A stretch of 64,000 bases of DNA from Felis catus (GCF_018350175.1 NC_058368.1:126296001-126360000), one strand, 5' to 3'. Positions 40,916 to 58,544 are shown, counted from the stretch's first letter. Notes: generated from the sequence alone by a model not told the origin. Numbers and translations are program-made.

Positions 40916-41767
40916 TAGTAAAACCTTGGTTTGTGAGCATAATCCATTCCGGCAACATGCTTGTAATCCAAAGCCCCTGTTTTTCAAAGTGAATTTCATC
41001 ATAGGAAATAATGGAAACTCAGATGATTCATTCCACAACCCAAAATTGTTCATATAAAAATTATCATAATACTATAATGTGATACAAAATATTAAAGAAA
41101 ATTCAAAATATGAGGAAAAATTAATTAACCTGCACTTACCTTTGAAAACCTTTGTGGCTGGTGTGAGGGAGATAAGAGAAAGGATTATGGTGTAGGATGA
41201 CTTTCACTATCATTAATAGAATCACTGCTATCTCTTGGCTCAATAGAATCTTTGTCTGCATAGGGGCCATTGTGTACACTCACATCGATGTTGACTACAG
41301 TACAGTATTAATAAATTCTTGTATACTGCATTTAATGAAACTGGCAATAAGGCAGCAGAGGAAAGGGTGTATATCTGCAGGCATCCTGACCTAGAATGAA
41401 GCGAAGCATTCCTAAGCTTACTCTTGTATAGAAAAGCAAAGGACTGTCCATAGGTGCTTTGAAATGACAAAAAAATACACTAGTGACAATTGTGGACACC
41501 TTCCAACATTCTGAAAAATCACTGATTTCTGCCAAACACCGCTGCCTGAGACTGAGCATCTGACAACGGGAGTCAATTATCCACAATCCTGCAGAGAAGA
41601 GAAAGAGAGAGAAGAAACATTGGCTCAGTTGTGATCATGTGAGATTCGGCGTCATGTACTACTTGTATTGCAAGACACTGCTCATTTATCAACTTAAAAC
41701 TTATTAGAAATGTTTGCTTGTCTTGTATACTCACAGAAAAAGTTACTCACAATCCAGGGTTATACTA
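40916..41767. mobile_element. TcMar-Tigger-type non-autonomous DNA transposon (~850 bp)
   Basis: TIRs TAGTAAAACCTTGGTTTGTGAG and (reverse complement) TAGTATAACCCTGGATTGTGAG; left flank TA; sits in the L1's CA/TA microsatellite. Confidence 0.8.
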
Positions 41768-42769
41768 TGTATACACACACACACACACAATGGAATATTA
41801 CTCAGCCATCAAAAATAATGAAATCTTGCCATTGGCAATGACATGGATGGAGCTACAGTGTTTTATGCTAAGCAAAATAAGCCAGAGTGACATATGATAT
41901 CACTCGTATGTGGAATTTAAGAATCAAAACAGATTAACATATGGGAAGAGAAAAGGCAGCAAATCATAAGAGACTGTTAACGACAGAGAACAAACTGATG
42001 GATGGAGGTGGGTGTGGGATGGGGTAGATGGATGGTGGGTATTAAGGAGGGCACTTGTTATCATGAGCACTGGGTGTTGTATGTAAGTGATGCATCACTA
42101 GATTCAACTCCTGAAACTAATATTACACTATATGTTAACTTACTAGAGTTGAAATAAAGATTTTGAGAGAAAGAAGATAAAATAAATCAACTAAAGCTTG
42201 CCTTTATAGAATTATCTCAAAATTTAATTTAAAAGCTTAATTAAAACTTGTTCTAATATATTCCATCTGATCCATTCACATGCTTTGTTGGGTAGGTTCC
42301 TCACAGGAGGTGGCATATGGAGGAGGATGCTTTGCAACTTTTACAAGCCTTCATGCTCTTATCCAATCCCAAAATGTCTTTTGAAAACCATAGTGAACAT
42401 GGACTAAAATCTATTTCAAAACATTTCAATTCTATTATTATAAAGATAGAAATATGCAAAATCCAGCTATATGCCACTTCTTATTAGGTAGAAATGGAAT
42501 ATCTGTATTGCAAGGTTAACCTAACTGGCCATCCACTTGATTCCTAGACTGTAAATTTCTTTCTGTAAAGGGAGAACTTTCTGGCTGAATTAAAATGTGA
42601 ATAATATATCTAATAGCTCTGGAACTATGATGTCAGAGGTGGTTCTAAAGTCCCTGTTTCCCTAAATATTGTTCAACCAACATAAAGATCTGGGGTTCTG
42701 TCCAACCTATCTGGCAGGTTCAAGATCTTTTAAAAGTAAATTTGAGTCATCAAGGACAGTTACTACACA

Positions 42770-43128
42770 CATTGACAAACTGTGTTCCGAAGAACATTCT
42801 TTATGATCTTAAAAGTTAATTCAAGAAACATAGTGTACTAGGGCAAGTAAGTTTGGGGAAATTTTTATACTGTAGTCCTCTCTTGTAGATTCACAATGCA
42901 GATACAGCATATTAAAGTTCCAGAGAAGCCTTGACTTTAGAAAATCTGTTTACAGGGGTGCCTGGGTGGCTCAGTCAATTCACCATCCAACTCTTGATTT
43001 CTCTTCAGGTCATGATTTCATGGTTTGTGAGTTCAAGCCACACATTGGGCTCTTTGTGGACAGCGTGGAGCCTGCTTGGGATTCTCTCTCTTTCCTTCTG
43101 TCTCTGCCCCTCCCCTACTCATGAGTGT

Positions 43129-43176
<48 letters not shown>

Positions 43177-43320
43177 TAAATAAATAAGCTTAAAAATATA
43201 TATTTACATTTATTTAACCTAGTATCTCTCAAAACAATTTACCAGTGAAGATTTTGGGGGGGAATATTTTATGATAGCAAAGAACTGTGGTATTCCTTAG
43301 AAAAAAATTGGGAAATTTTT
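42770..43320. mobile_element. hAT-Charlie-type DNA transposon remnant split by a SINE
   Basis: TGTGTTCC...AAGTTTGGGGAAA...GATTCACAATGCA...AGCATATTAAAG...GAGAAGCC. Confidence 0.45.
42955..43196 (+). mobile_element. Can-SINE with expanded (CT)n
   Basis: GGGGTGCCTGGGTGGCTCAGTC head; (CT)n ~43130-43172; AATAAATAAA tail. Confidence 0.92.
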
Positions 43321-43654
43321 TTGAAGATAGTTGAGAAGGCACTGTAACAAGCAAAGCCAACAGAGGACTCAAAATGTGGGAAACATTTACATGATGAGCC
43401 TTCATTTCAGTCAGTCATGAGAATGTATGTTGCTCTCACTTTGGGGCATTCCTTATTTGATTCCTTAGGAGCATGTTGAATAAAACAATTCCTAATTGAA
43501 AAGCTCTGAAAATAATTTGTTAAGTAAAAGATATACTCATTACTGAATGGCAATAATATGAGGTGAAATACAGACACCCACTGATTTCAATGTAAAACAA
43601 AGAGGTAATATGCACAGGGAAATATTTAGAAAGATAATATTAAAGTAGGGGAGA

Positions 43655-43869
43655 GGGACGCCTGGATGGCTTAGTTGGTTGAGCGTCCGACTTCAGTTCT
43701 GGTCATGATCTCATGGTTCATGGGTTCAAGCCCCACATCAGGCTCTGTGCTAACAGATCAGAGCCTGGACCTATTTCAGATTCTATGTCTCCCTTTCTCT
43801 CTGCCCCTCCCCTGCTCGTGCTCTGTCTCTCTCAGTCCCTCAAAAATAAATAAATGTTAAAAAAAATTT
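43655..43869 (+). mobile_element. Can-SINE
   Basis: TSD AAAGTAGGGGAGA. Confidence 0.93.
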
Positions 43870-44448
43870 AAAGTAGGGGAGAAAATTTACGTTTTCATTT
43901 TTTCTGTTATTCTTGAAAATAAGTGGCTTTTCTTGTAGATCAAAAATGGTCAAATATTAATATCGCATTTTCAACCTAATAGACTCTAAAACTTAAAAAA
44001 AATTTTTTTATTGTATGGCAGAGAAAAATAAGCATTGTCTTTTTTATGACTACTCAGGAAGCGTTTGGCCCAGTTGTGTCAAACTTGATGTATCTCATTA
44101 AAATCCTAAGCTTTGTCTGGTGTAGCATATATTTTTATGACTTGTTAATTTTTGTTTCTGTTTTAGCCACCAGTGTTTCTTGGGGAACTGATTTTTGGTC
44201 ATAAGTTGTATATTTTAAACAAAAAACATAACTTGCAGAAAAAAATATATATGTAACTTGCCTATTTTCTTTACACTTAACTAATTTTTCACACATGAGG
44301 ACTTTGAAAATATATTAATTTATGTATTTAGGTTCAGATCACTTGGGTTTTCATTGCTATTTAGGAATGTGTAAGTTTTTGAATTACTGTATTGAAGTAA
44401 AAAAGATTACTGCTGACTACATTGTTTTAACTTGAGCAATTGTAAGGT

Positions 44449-44451
<3 letters not shown>

Positions 44452-44514
<63 letters not shown>
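44452..44514. repeat. Compound (TG)16(TCTG)n microsatellite
   Basis: Direct reading. Confidence 0.97.
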
Positions 44515-44515
<1 letters not shown>

Positions 44516-45474
44516 ATCCTGGGGAAGGGAAGGCCTGAGAGTAACATACAAGATTCCACCAAATACAAAATTTATTCTGTTTTCTTTAATAGTCTAAGTA
44601 GAAAAGTAGAATTGGTGGAAAATGTAACTGTTTCAATGCAAAGTATATTAAATCTAGATAAAACCAAAAAGCCTGGTGTTTTTCTTAGGCCTATTTCGTC
44701 ATATGCCCTTCGATGTGACTAATCTGTGTTGAGAACATTCTTTGAAGTTTAATCCTTTAGCTTTTCTGCAACAAAACTGCTAGGCATACCCATAGGGTAA
44801 TGAATGGAAACATGGAGGTAGGTCATTAGAGAATATAGGAGGTCAAAGTCATGTGCTGCAGCTTCACCATCCATAGATTTTGTTTCATCTCTGATGATTA
44901 TGTTTCACTAACAATATGCTATAAGGAATGGAAAGACCCCTACTCACCCACATAGTTCAGATAGTTCAGAATCAGAAAGTCTGTCCATCTGCCTGAAGAA
45001 GGAAAATGGGACTAGATTATTGTGACTGTTACTAAAATTTGTATTTGAACCAACAGTGTGATTAAGTGAGGGATGACCTCTTATTCCCAGTCTGTTAAAC
45101 TTCCAAATTCCCCTTAATCCCAAATTTCATCATGAATTAAGAAAGTGGTATCAGATGAGTTTAATCTCCTTATGTTGATCAAGTTGGAATCCATGAAGAA
45201 AAGAAGTACCATATTCTGGTGGAAGCCTTACATTATGAAAACTTTGGTAGGTCTTCCTTTGCCTGTGTCAGAATTTACTCCTTCGCTTCTTTTCAGTTCT
45301 CTTGAACCCTTAACAAACACTGAAACCAGTAACACTTAAACATCTCAGAGGGGAGCTTTTGGTGAAGAACATACTTTCCCCCACATCATCCAAAATATAT
45401 TTTATAGAAATGAAACCAGCTTTTGTAATCAGAATTTGAAAAGAGATAAGTCCCCTAAAAGGCTCACCTGATTG

Positions 45475-45770
45475 TGAGTAGGGCTTATATTCAAATGTCT
45501 ACAGGAACCGAAGAAGTGATGCAGTCCTGTGAGGACCATGGAGGAAGCTTGCCTCCACCAGTTGCCTCCAGTCAGCTCCAGCTAATTGTTGATATGATAT
45601 GCAGAAATGCAAATCCAATATTGCCTGGTCTTGAAATTTTTCAAAAGCAGTTGGAAATTTTTGTTTTTATATGAAAGCTCCAACAATTATGTGATGATAA
45701 CTAGTTGAGAATGTTTTGAAAACCTGTTACTCCAACCAAACATCTATTCTCTGTCAATTTCCAATCTGGG
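45475..45770 (-). mobile_element. hAT-Charlie remnant (MER102-like)
   Basis: CAGCTCCAGCTAATTGTTG...ATATTGCC...TTTTTCAAAAGCAGTTGGAAAT. Confidence 0.5.
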
Positions 45771-46420
45771 CTCTTAAGATTTTCCTTATATATAGATTTT
45801 CTTATATATAGATTGTACCTTCTCCTTTCATTCCTACTAGCTCTTGGCCCAAGACATATCCTCAAAAGCATATTACTGGAGTGGAATTATATGTTTGTAT
45901 TAGAACATATCGGTACTCATCCTAAAACATAAATTCCCAGGAAAACAGTTTGCCAATGAGATTTTTTTATTGAGGTTGACTTTTATATTCAGAACTACAT
46001 TTGGTTTTTAAAATACTGAAATCCGATGTATTTAAACTTCTAGCTCTTTGCATTTTTAAGTTTAGATTAAAAATTGTTATACTTCAACAAAAGACTTTAA
46101 AGAGACATTAACATATCCAATTTTAAAAATTAATTAAATTCCTTTAAGTCTTTTATATTTCATTTATAATGTATTTGACTTCCTTTTAAAATATCTTATT
46201 GCAGTTGTCTGATGTATAAGGTATTCACATTTATGTAAACATTCTAATAAATTGAACAAAGTAAACTTAGAGATATGAGAAATTTAAGTTCTCATACATT
46301 ATACTACTAAATATAAATGTCATAAGATTTCATCTTAAAACTCTAAATCCATATGTTACTAAAATTTCACTTTTCAATTTGGATTATAGTACTTACAATA
46401 TGTTTCTAGTATGCATACAG

Positions 46421-46630
46421 TTCTTTTTTTAAGTTTTTTTAAAATTTGGTTTATATTATTTAAGAGAGAGAGCATGTATGTGCATGAGCAGGGGATGGCC
46501 AGACAGAGAGGGAGAGAGAAAATCCCGAACAGGCTCCACACTGTCAGTGTAGAGCCCGATGTGGAGTTTGATCCCACAAACCATGAGATCATGGCCTGTG
46601 TTGAAACCGACTGAACCACCCAGGTGCCCC
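46421..46630 (-). mobile_element. Can-SINE (older, internal deletion)
   Basis: Ends CCACCCAGGTGCCCC; GA-rich and T-rich tail. Confidence 0.88.
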
Positions 46631-46930
46631 TAATATATTAATTTCATGATCTTGATTGTCTTAAATATTTTTGTGGTTAATAGTTAACGTTATTGGAATT
46701 AAGAGAGACTTCACTACTAAAACTATTATGTCATCTGAACAATTTTTGTTTGTAAGCTAAGCTGGCCGAGGTCTCATATACAACCAGAGCTATGAAGCAA
46801 GATACTGCACTACTGTTGGAGATGTCAAGGGAACGTATTAAGTCCTGTTAATTACCCAGAACATAGGAGTGATCCTCTCACTCTCAGAGCCCATATAGTC
46901 TACATCCCTACATTTGAATCATTACCATTG

Positions 46931-47346
46931 CTGTGCCACAGCTAGCCTATACAGACAGACTCATGAGAACGTACAGTTAAAATTTCAGGAATTGTGCAAG
47001 CCAACTAGTTATTAAACACCACCATTATTAAAATTAAATTATATAAACTTAGTATTATATAAAAATAAAGTCAATACTCAAAATGCGTCACTAATTATTT
47101 TACTACATCACTTAAATATTATCAGTTTCTTGAAGTTATTTACACTCGTCTATCTGTATGGTGGAAATACTTTATAATGGGGTGTTACTGTGCACCTCTT
47201 CCCAACTCCACATTCAGTGACATCACACTGGTAGCTTGAAATCAGCCAAGGTGAAAATACCTATACCGCAGAAATTGGCAAACATGATAAATCTGGGTTC
47301 TCCCAGACTCACAAAAATTTGGTTATTAACCATTTCTCAGTACATT
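46931..47346. mobile_element. hAT-Blackjack element (MER63-like)
   Basis: GTTAAAATTTCAGGAATT...CTCTTCCCAACTCCACATTCAGTGACATCAC...GGTAGCTTGAAATCAGCCA. Confidence 0.6.
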
Positions 47347-48559
47347 TCTAATGAAGTCATTATCTAATTCTCTGTCTGCACTCTCTCCAAGATGGCTGTA
47401 TCACATGTTATGATTTTGCATTTCCTTAACTCTTGAGATATTTAAACATCTTCCATGTAGTTCTGAAGTTCTTTGAGATTCCCATAATCCTGAATGTTTG
47501 GTACTCTTTGTGTTTAGCAGGACTACACAAATCAGGTAATAAATTGGTATCCCAGTTCTCTTCTTTTGGCATGTTTGACATGATCCTAGCTTTAAGTGTT
47601 ATTCTGTTGCCATTGATTCCAGAGCAGTACAAAAGACAGGTATTGTGGATTTTATTTCAGTTAGGCCTGTTGCCTGTTTTCTTCTAGTAATAATTTGCTA
47701 TAGGCCTCAAAGAGATATATTTGTTGTAACCTGCATGGTTAGGTTAAAATATCTAATAATTCAGTATTTCATAGCAGAGATATCTCAGTAAATTTGTTAT
47801 TTTTATTTTAATTTGGAAGTGAAGCTACTGTACGTCAATCATTAATATCAATTTCATTTCAGATATACCTGTATTATAAAACTAATCCCAGGGGCAAAAT
47901 CCATATATCCTATTCAGTTGAATTCCAAACATTGATGAACCATGATACTAGATTCCAACACTGCATATGGGAGTGTGACTTTTTAATTTGAATTTTTTAA
48001 TATAACTAAATTGTGGTAATTCAAACAAATAGATGCTTTCCATTACTAAAGTTAATAAGGCATAAAGAAGTGCTAGAACAAAGCACGAATCTAAGCATAT
48101 ATAGACTAGAATGTCTTGCAAGTCAAGGAGAAAGAAAATGGAATCTACAGGTTTCTGTTTGTAGAAGAGCTTATTCCAAGCCTTAGACATATACCAACTC
48201 TGTCACGCATGGAATTACTATAAAACAGCAACATTGATTTCTTTGTGTACTTTATGAAAAAATTTATTTTATTCATTTTCAGTCACCTTCATCTTCATCA
48301 GCCTAAAATCTCTGTAATGCAAAAAAGGCCTGATGATGTTTCAAATCCCAGAGACCCAAAGCAAGAATGATTCTGGTCTTAATGCCCCTTACCCTGTTCT
48401 TTTTCCTCCTCTAAGCTTCTACTGCCTGTCATCCTTCTGCGTAGGGGACTACAGATCTTAGCATTTTTGTCACTTTGGGATTAAAGAGGAAGGGAAGGTA
48501 GAGATGCGCATGGAATGAATGGAAGATAAAAGAAGGAAGGTGGGTCATTGTTTTCCTGT

Positions 48560-49043
48560 TAAGGCTAAGATTCATCCCTGCCCTTTCCTTGCTTTGTTAC
48601 ACACTCTTAAGAATCATCTCTGCAACCACACTTCTTGGGTTCCTTTACGACTGGCTCCCAGTTCATTTGGCCATTGGAAGACTGGAGGGCAAAAGGAAGG
48701 AAGGATCCAGAATTTTTTGTCCCATTCTTTCTCAGCCACATAGGTACAGGAATCATCTCAAGCAGTGGCTACATCTGCTTCATGATTTCGAACTGGTAGG
48801 AGTGACTGTGATTCTGCTTTCTGCCAGAGACTCCCAGTTCTGAAGTCCAGTATTCCTGCTTTCTCTCTGGGTCTCTCCAGCCATAGGTACAGTAGTGGCT
48901 TACTGCTGCTGTTAATATCTTGACTGCCTCACCACCTCCTGTTTGGCTCTTCCATCGTCTTCATAACCAGTGACTTCAATTAAATTCCTTCTCTTTGAAA
49001 GTGCTAAAATGATTTTTGTATTCCTGACAGGACATGACTGACA
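48560..49043 (+). mobile_element. ERVL solo LTR remnant (LTR33-like)
   Basis: Ends ATTAAATTCC...TTCCTGACAGGACATGACTGACACA. Confidence 0.5.
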
Positions 49044-49704
49044 CAGAGCGATCGGAAGGGGGAGAATGAGTCAGATATTTTCTTTTCTAGGTATCCAGGG
49101 TTACTGTTATTATGGGTGTGGAAGGAGGCAGAGGTTGAGCACCTTGGGTATGCAACTGCTTTATTGTCATCTTATCTTCACAGATGAGGAAACTGAAGCT
49201 GATAGACATTAGGTGTTTACTGTGATCATATTGTTAATACATGGTTGAACAGGAATTTGAATGCAGAACTGATTCCAAAGCTTTTCCACTGGAGTATACT
49301 TCTTCCCTAGCAAACATAGGGCTACTTTCGGAAATAGTTCTTGAAGGGCTGAGGGGACTAAGATATAAAGCAGTAAATGTCAGATAACCCATGATCTGGG
49401 TTCCTGTCATGGCCACACCAAAGTTAGCTGAAGGTAGCTATTACTGTGCTTCAAAACTAGTATATCTTTAAACATTGCCTTTTATCTCAGCCTGTACTCT
49501 GCCAGGATTTGGGGTGGCTAACTGAGAAACATTCTTGAGGTTCGAAGGTGTTCATTAAGAGCATCTGCTATTTTGGAGTTGTTTTTATGGAATTCAGGGC
49601 CTTTTGTTTAGGAGACTATAATTTATTTGGGAATTTCTTATCTTCCTTCCCTCACTGCAAAGGTTTATCTACACCATTAGGTTTTATATACCTGGCCTCA
49701 GTAC

Positions 49705-49766
49705 CAAAAACAAACAAAACAAAACAAAACAAAACAAAACAAAACAAAACAAAACAAAAAAAAACA
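49705..49766. repeat. (CAAAA)n pentanucleotide repeat
   Basis: Direct reading. Confidence 0.96.
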
Positions 49767-50029
49767 ATCCTGGGTAGAAGGGATGAAAGAGATTTATCCT
49801 TATGTGCTCAAATCTACTCCTATGATGTTGCTTCAAGCCTGGCTACTTCCAAATATTGTTTTGGAATATTTGGAATGTTTGCTTTCTCCTGAGATGTAGA
49901 CATGTATGTCTACCTGTTTTCTGGGCCTCTTTTGGTATCCTCACACAAGTATGATTGAGCATGTTCTGCACTCACTGTATTTTCCTATGTGGTTCTTCCT
50001 TTTATATTCCTGATTGATTTCAGTTGATG

Positions 50030-50945
50030 GCCCCACAGTAAAACACATTTCCCCCATTGACTGCTTTGCCAATCATCCCAACCCTCACCCTCTCCCTCAG
50101 ACTCCACATTCAGTCAGGTGCCAAATCCTATTATGATCAGCTTTCTAAGTCATTCCCAAATCTATCTTCATTTATTCATTCATTCAGTATTTCACTGCTA
50201 TATGGCTGGCCTGGTGTCCAGTGCTGGGAATACTGAAGTAAACCAGAAAGGCCAAAAGATATATTCCTGTCTAATTCTATGTATGCTTTTTTTCAGTTAG
50301 TCCTTTCTCAGCCTGAATCTCACCATTAATCTCTTTACTGTTTGGGTTGTCTTTCTTCATATTCTCCCCTACCCATTTTGGCTATGCCCCTAGAATGAAT
50401 TTTATAAAACTAAAATAGTAGGTCACTTTCTTCCTTAAAATCTTTCAGTAACTACACATAGCCTTCAATGCAGCCTATATGACTTGGGATGGCATATTGG
50501 TCAGGACACATCATGTCTATTTCTTTCAGCTTTTACCTATGATGCTTCAGACCTACACACTCACTTTTCCTGCAAACTCTTTGACCCTCTAGCATCTGCA
50601 CATGTTATTTCCACTGCTTATAACACCTTTTCCTATCTTAAATTTATGTTTACCCCCCCCCTTTTCCAAACCCAATAAAAAAGAATTTTATTCTCTGAAT
50701 CAGTTGTCTAAGTCCACCCCACACCTGGGGCTCCTTCCTTATGATTCCTGTTCTTGGTTCCCACAACACCCAGTGCATACCTTTATCATAATATCACAGC
50801 ACACTTATCAGATTAATAGGTAAATGAACTGTCTCCTCCACTCTGCTGTGACTTCCTTGAGGGAAAGGACAGGCTCAGGTTCATTCTGCATCTCCAATGC
50901 TGGGCCCTAATCTATACACAGTAGATCCTCAAGAGTGGATAAGTG
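50030..50945 (+). mobile_element. L2 remnant (3' region), with an oppositely oriented L2 3' end at ~50165-50280
   Basis: TGTCTCCTCCACT...CTTGAGGGAAAGGAC...CACAGTAGATCCTCAA; CATTTATTCATTCATTCA tail. Confidence 0.55.
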
Positions 50946-51840
50946 CATTTTTTTAAAAATGTGAAGCAATGTACACTGTGAAACTCAAAATGAAGGACCA
51001 CTTCTTACTATTTGCAAACTCCCATTATTTTCTCTGCTCCTAAAGATAAAAATAGGTTCTGCTTTTGCACACCCAGCTATTAGTGTAATTACCTAGTTTT
51101 CTTCAGCTATTACTATAAGACATTTAACCAAGACTAAAGTTGTGTTTGTGGCCAAAGAATTCCAACCAGCCCACGTTGTTCTAGAACCTATGAAACATCC
51201 CTAACAAATTCCCCAGCTCTGACTTTTATTACTAAAGTCTAACCGGTACCGTGTAATAATTTTAGAAAAATGTAAAAGTACCACCACCGTTTCTACACTA
51301 CACTGTTCAGGATTGCATCGTAGAGAGGGCCTGATACAGGGGAGTGCTCTTTTCTCAGGACAGTGTTTTCCTCAATGGGATTACAAATGAACAAATACGT
51401 ATGTGCATCTTATACAGGTCACTGTAAGTTCAGAGTAACAGAACAAGCAGTTTTTTACACCCGCCAGAGAGCAAATCCCACTGAAAGACAAAACATTCTC
51501 AGATTTGCCTCTTGGATCATTTGATGGTATAAAAAAGATGGGCTTAAAACCACAGGTTGGTTCCCATACCATCCCTCATCCACCACGCGCCAAAAGGAAA
51601 ATATAACGACTTATTGACCAAGTACTTCCCCACTACTGGAATTGTGTGCTAGTAGTGCCAGCGGCACTGGGAGTGTTTAGGCAGGTTTGAGCTGAGTAAT
51701 ACATTCAGGCGGTGCACGTATTTTACAAAGCATAGCGTTTTGCCCATATTAAGATAAACTTCCTGTACCTATTGACACATAACAGAGGTCTGTTTACACA
51801 GGATTACTCTGGCTTTCAGCTCCAAGCTAAATGAGTGGGG

Positions 51841-52082
51841 TTTTTTTAATTAAAAAAAAATTTTTTTAATGTTTATTTGAGAGATGGGGGGGGGGGGGAG
51901 GGAGAGTGCATGTGTGCAAGTGGGGGAGGGGCAGAGAGAAAGGAGAGAGAGAGAATCCCAGGCAGGCTCCACCCTGTCAGCACAGAGCCCGATGCAGGGC
52001 TTGAACTCACCAAACTGTGAGATCGTGGCCTGAGCCGAGACCAGGAGTGGTAGCTTAACTGACTGAGCCACCCAGGCGCCAC
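51841..52082 (-). mobile_element. Can-SINE
   Basis: Ends GAGCCACCCAGGCGCC; G-run in the GA-rich region. Confidence 0.9.
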
Positions 52083-52085
52083 CCC

Positions 52086-52304
52086 TTTTTTTAATTAAAT
52101 GTTTTTAGTTTTGAGCAACAGAGTGTGAACAAGGTAGGGGCAGAGAGAGAGAGGGAGGGAGGGAAGGAGACATAAAATCTGAAGGAGTCTCCAGGCTCTG
52201 AGCGGTCAGCACAGAGCCCAATGGGGGGCTCGAACCCACGGATTGCAGGATGATGACCTGAGCCAAAGTCGGACGCCTAATCTACTAAGTTGCCTAGGCA
52301 CCCC
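52086..52304 (-). mobile_element. Can-SINE (tandem/nested with previous copy)
   Basis: Ends CCTAGGCACCCC; CCAAGCT duplicated around the pair. Confidence 0.88.
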
Positions 52305-52637
52305 CAAGCTGAAAATTAGTTTTAAGGTAATACTCCTGAGAGAAACTGGTTGTGGATTTAGTCGGAGGACCTATTTTGGTTGTAACAAGAATAGTATTTT
52401 TGTTATAATCTTCTCTTCTCAAGCGAGATCTACCCAGAAAATGTGATTGCACTTTAGGTGTTAAGGATTTACTTTCTACAAAGTACTATCAATGAAGCCA
52501 AAGAGCTAACTTTCTGGCATGCTTCTATACTCCATGTCACACCCAAGTGTGCCAAAGAATCCGTGATCAAAGCATGTGTGATGCGGTGATGTACCATACA
52601 AAAGACAGTGGACCACAATTTCTGCTTTTTCATACTC

Positions 52638-52643
52638 TTTATT
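52638..52643 (-). terminator. Distal polyadenylation signal AATAAA of PLK2
   Basis: Minus strand GGCAATAAAGAGTATGAAAAAGC, then GU/U-rich TTGTGGTCCACTGTCTTTTGT. Confidence 0.85.
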
Positions 52644-52727
52644 GCCAACAGTTTAAAATGGTCAACATAAAAAAAAAGAAACATTTTGATAATAAATACT
52701 GCTCTTTGGGCTGTAATAAATAAAAAG

Positions 52728-52733
52728 TTTATT
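52728..52733 (-). terminator. Proximal candidate polyadenylation signal AATAAA
   Basis: Minus strand GTTAATAAACTTTTTATTT, with U-rich sequence downstream. Confidence 0.5.
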
Positions 52734-53216
52734 AACAAGGAATGCACTTTTCCAGCCACAAGTGTCTTCAAAAATTAACAAAAAAAAAAATTACATATGG
52801 CCATAGTTCACAGTTGAGCAGCCAAAAGCTGCTCTGATTACAGCCTTTAAACAACATGGGAGCTTCCTCCCTTCTCCCTCCCCTTCGGGAAGTATATTCA
52901 CAGTTCCAAGTCCTCTGTCTGAAATGCTCTCAACAGAGAGAAGAGTCAATGCACCTTCCTGCGAAATTGTCTGAAAAACCTTTTAATACAGGTACATCAA
53001 GGAAAACTGCATTCTGGTTCACTCTCAGACTGTCCAAAGTTAAGAAGTGTATGCGTCAGCCTGGTCTGGTTCCGCCCAGTCCAGCAGGCCCCAGAGGAAT
53101 TGTTTTCGTACCACCACCTGTCCGTCTTTTTCAACATGCTATAGATCATCTGACTGCTTCCCTGTAGATCTCACAGTGGAAAAGAGGAGTCCCATAGGGT
53201 CCATTAAAGAAGTCGT

Positions 53217-58544
<5,328 letters not shown>

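Larger units (their letters stand above)
40321..42177 (+). mobile_element. Sense 3' segment of the same carnivore L1 (interrupted by a DNA transposon)
   Basis: [44 protein letters not shown] (ORF2p), 3'UTR and A-rich tail; TSD TAAAATAAATCA(GT/AC)TA at 39923-39938 and 42178-42193. Confidence 0.92.
52620..53216 (-). other. PLK2: PLK2 3'UTR (~600 nt; 3' end approximate)
   Basis: Follows TAA at 53217-53219; repeat-free; ends shortly after the distal AATAAA, which is followed by a GU/U-rich tract. Confidence 0.85.

Noticed and set aside
1806..45812. Several 13-17 bp tandem micro-duplications (e.g. ~1807, ~2098, ~25361, ~45777)
   Set aside because: Ordinary slippage products; not arrays and nothing CRISPR-like
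15128..52379. Isolated perfect CArG boxes (15128, 20984, 52370) and scattered AP-1 heptamers
   Set aside because: Roughly the number expected by chance in 64 kb of AT-rich DNA; no supporting cluster
100..52450. Remaining 60-160 aa ORFs in the intergenic region
   Set aside because: Many start at TTG/GTG or overlap SINE/L1/microsatellites; no domains or coherent exon chain seen
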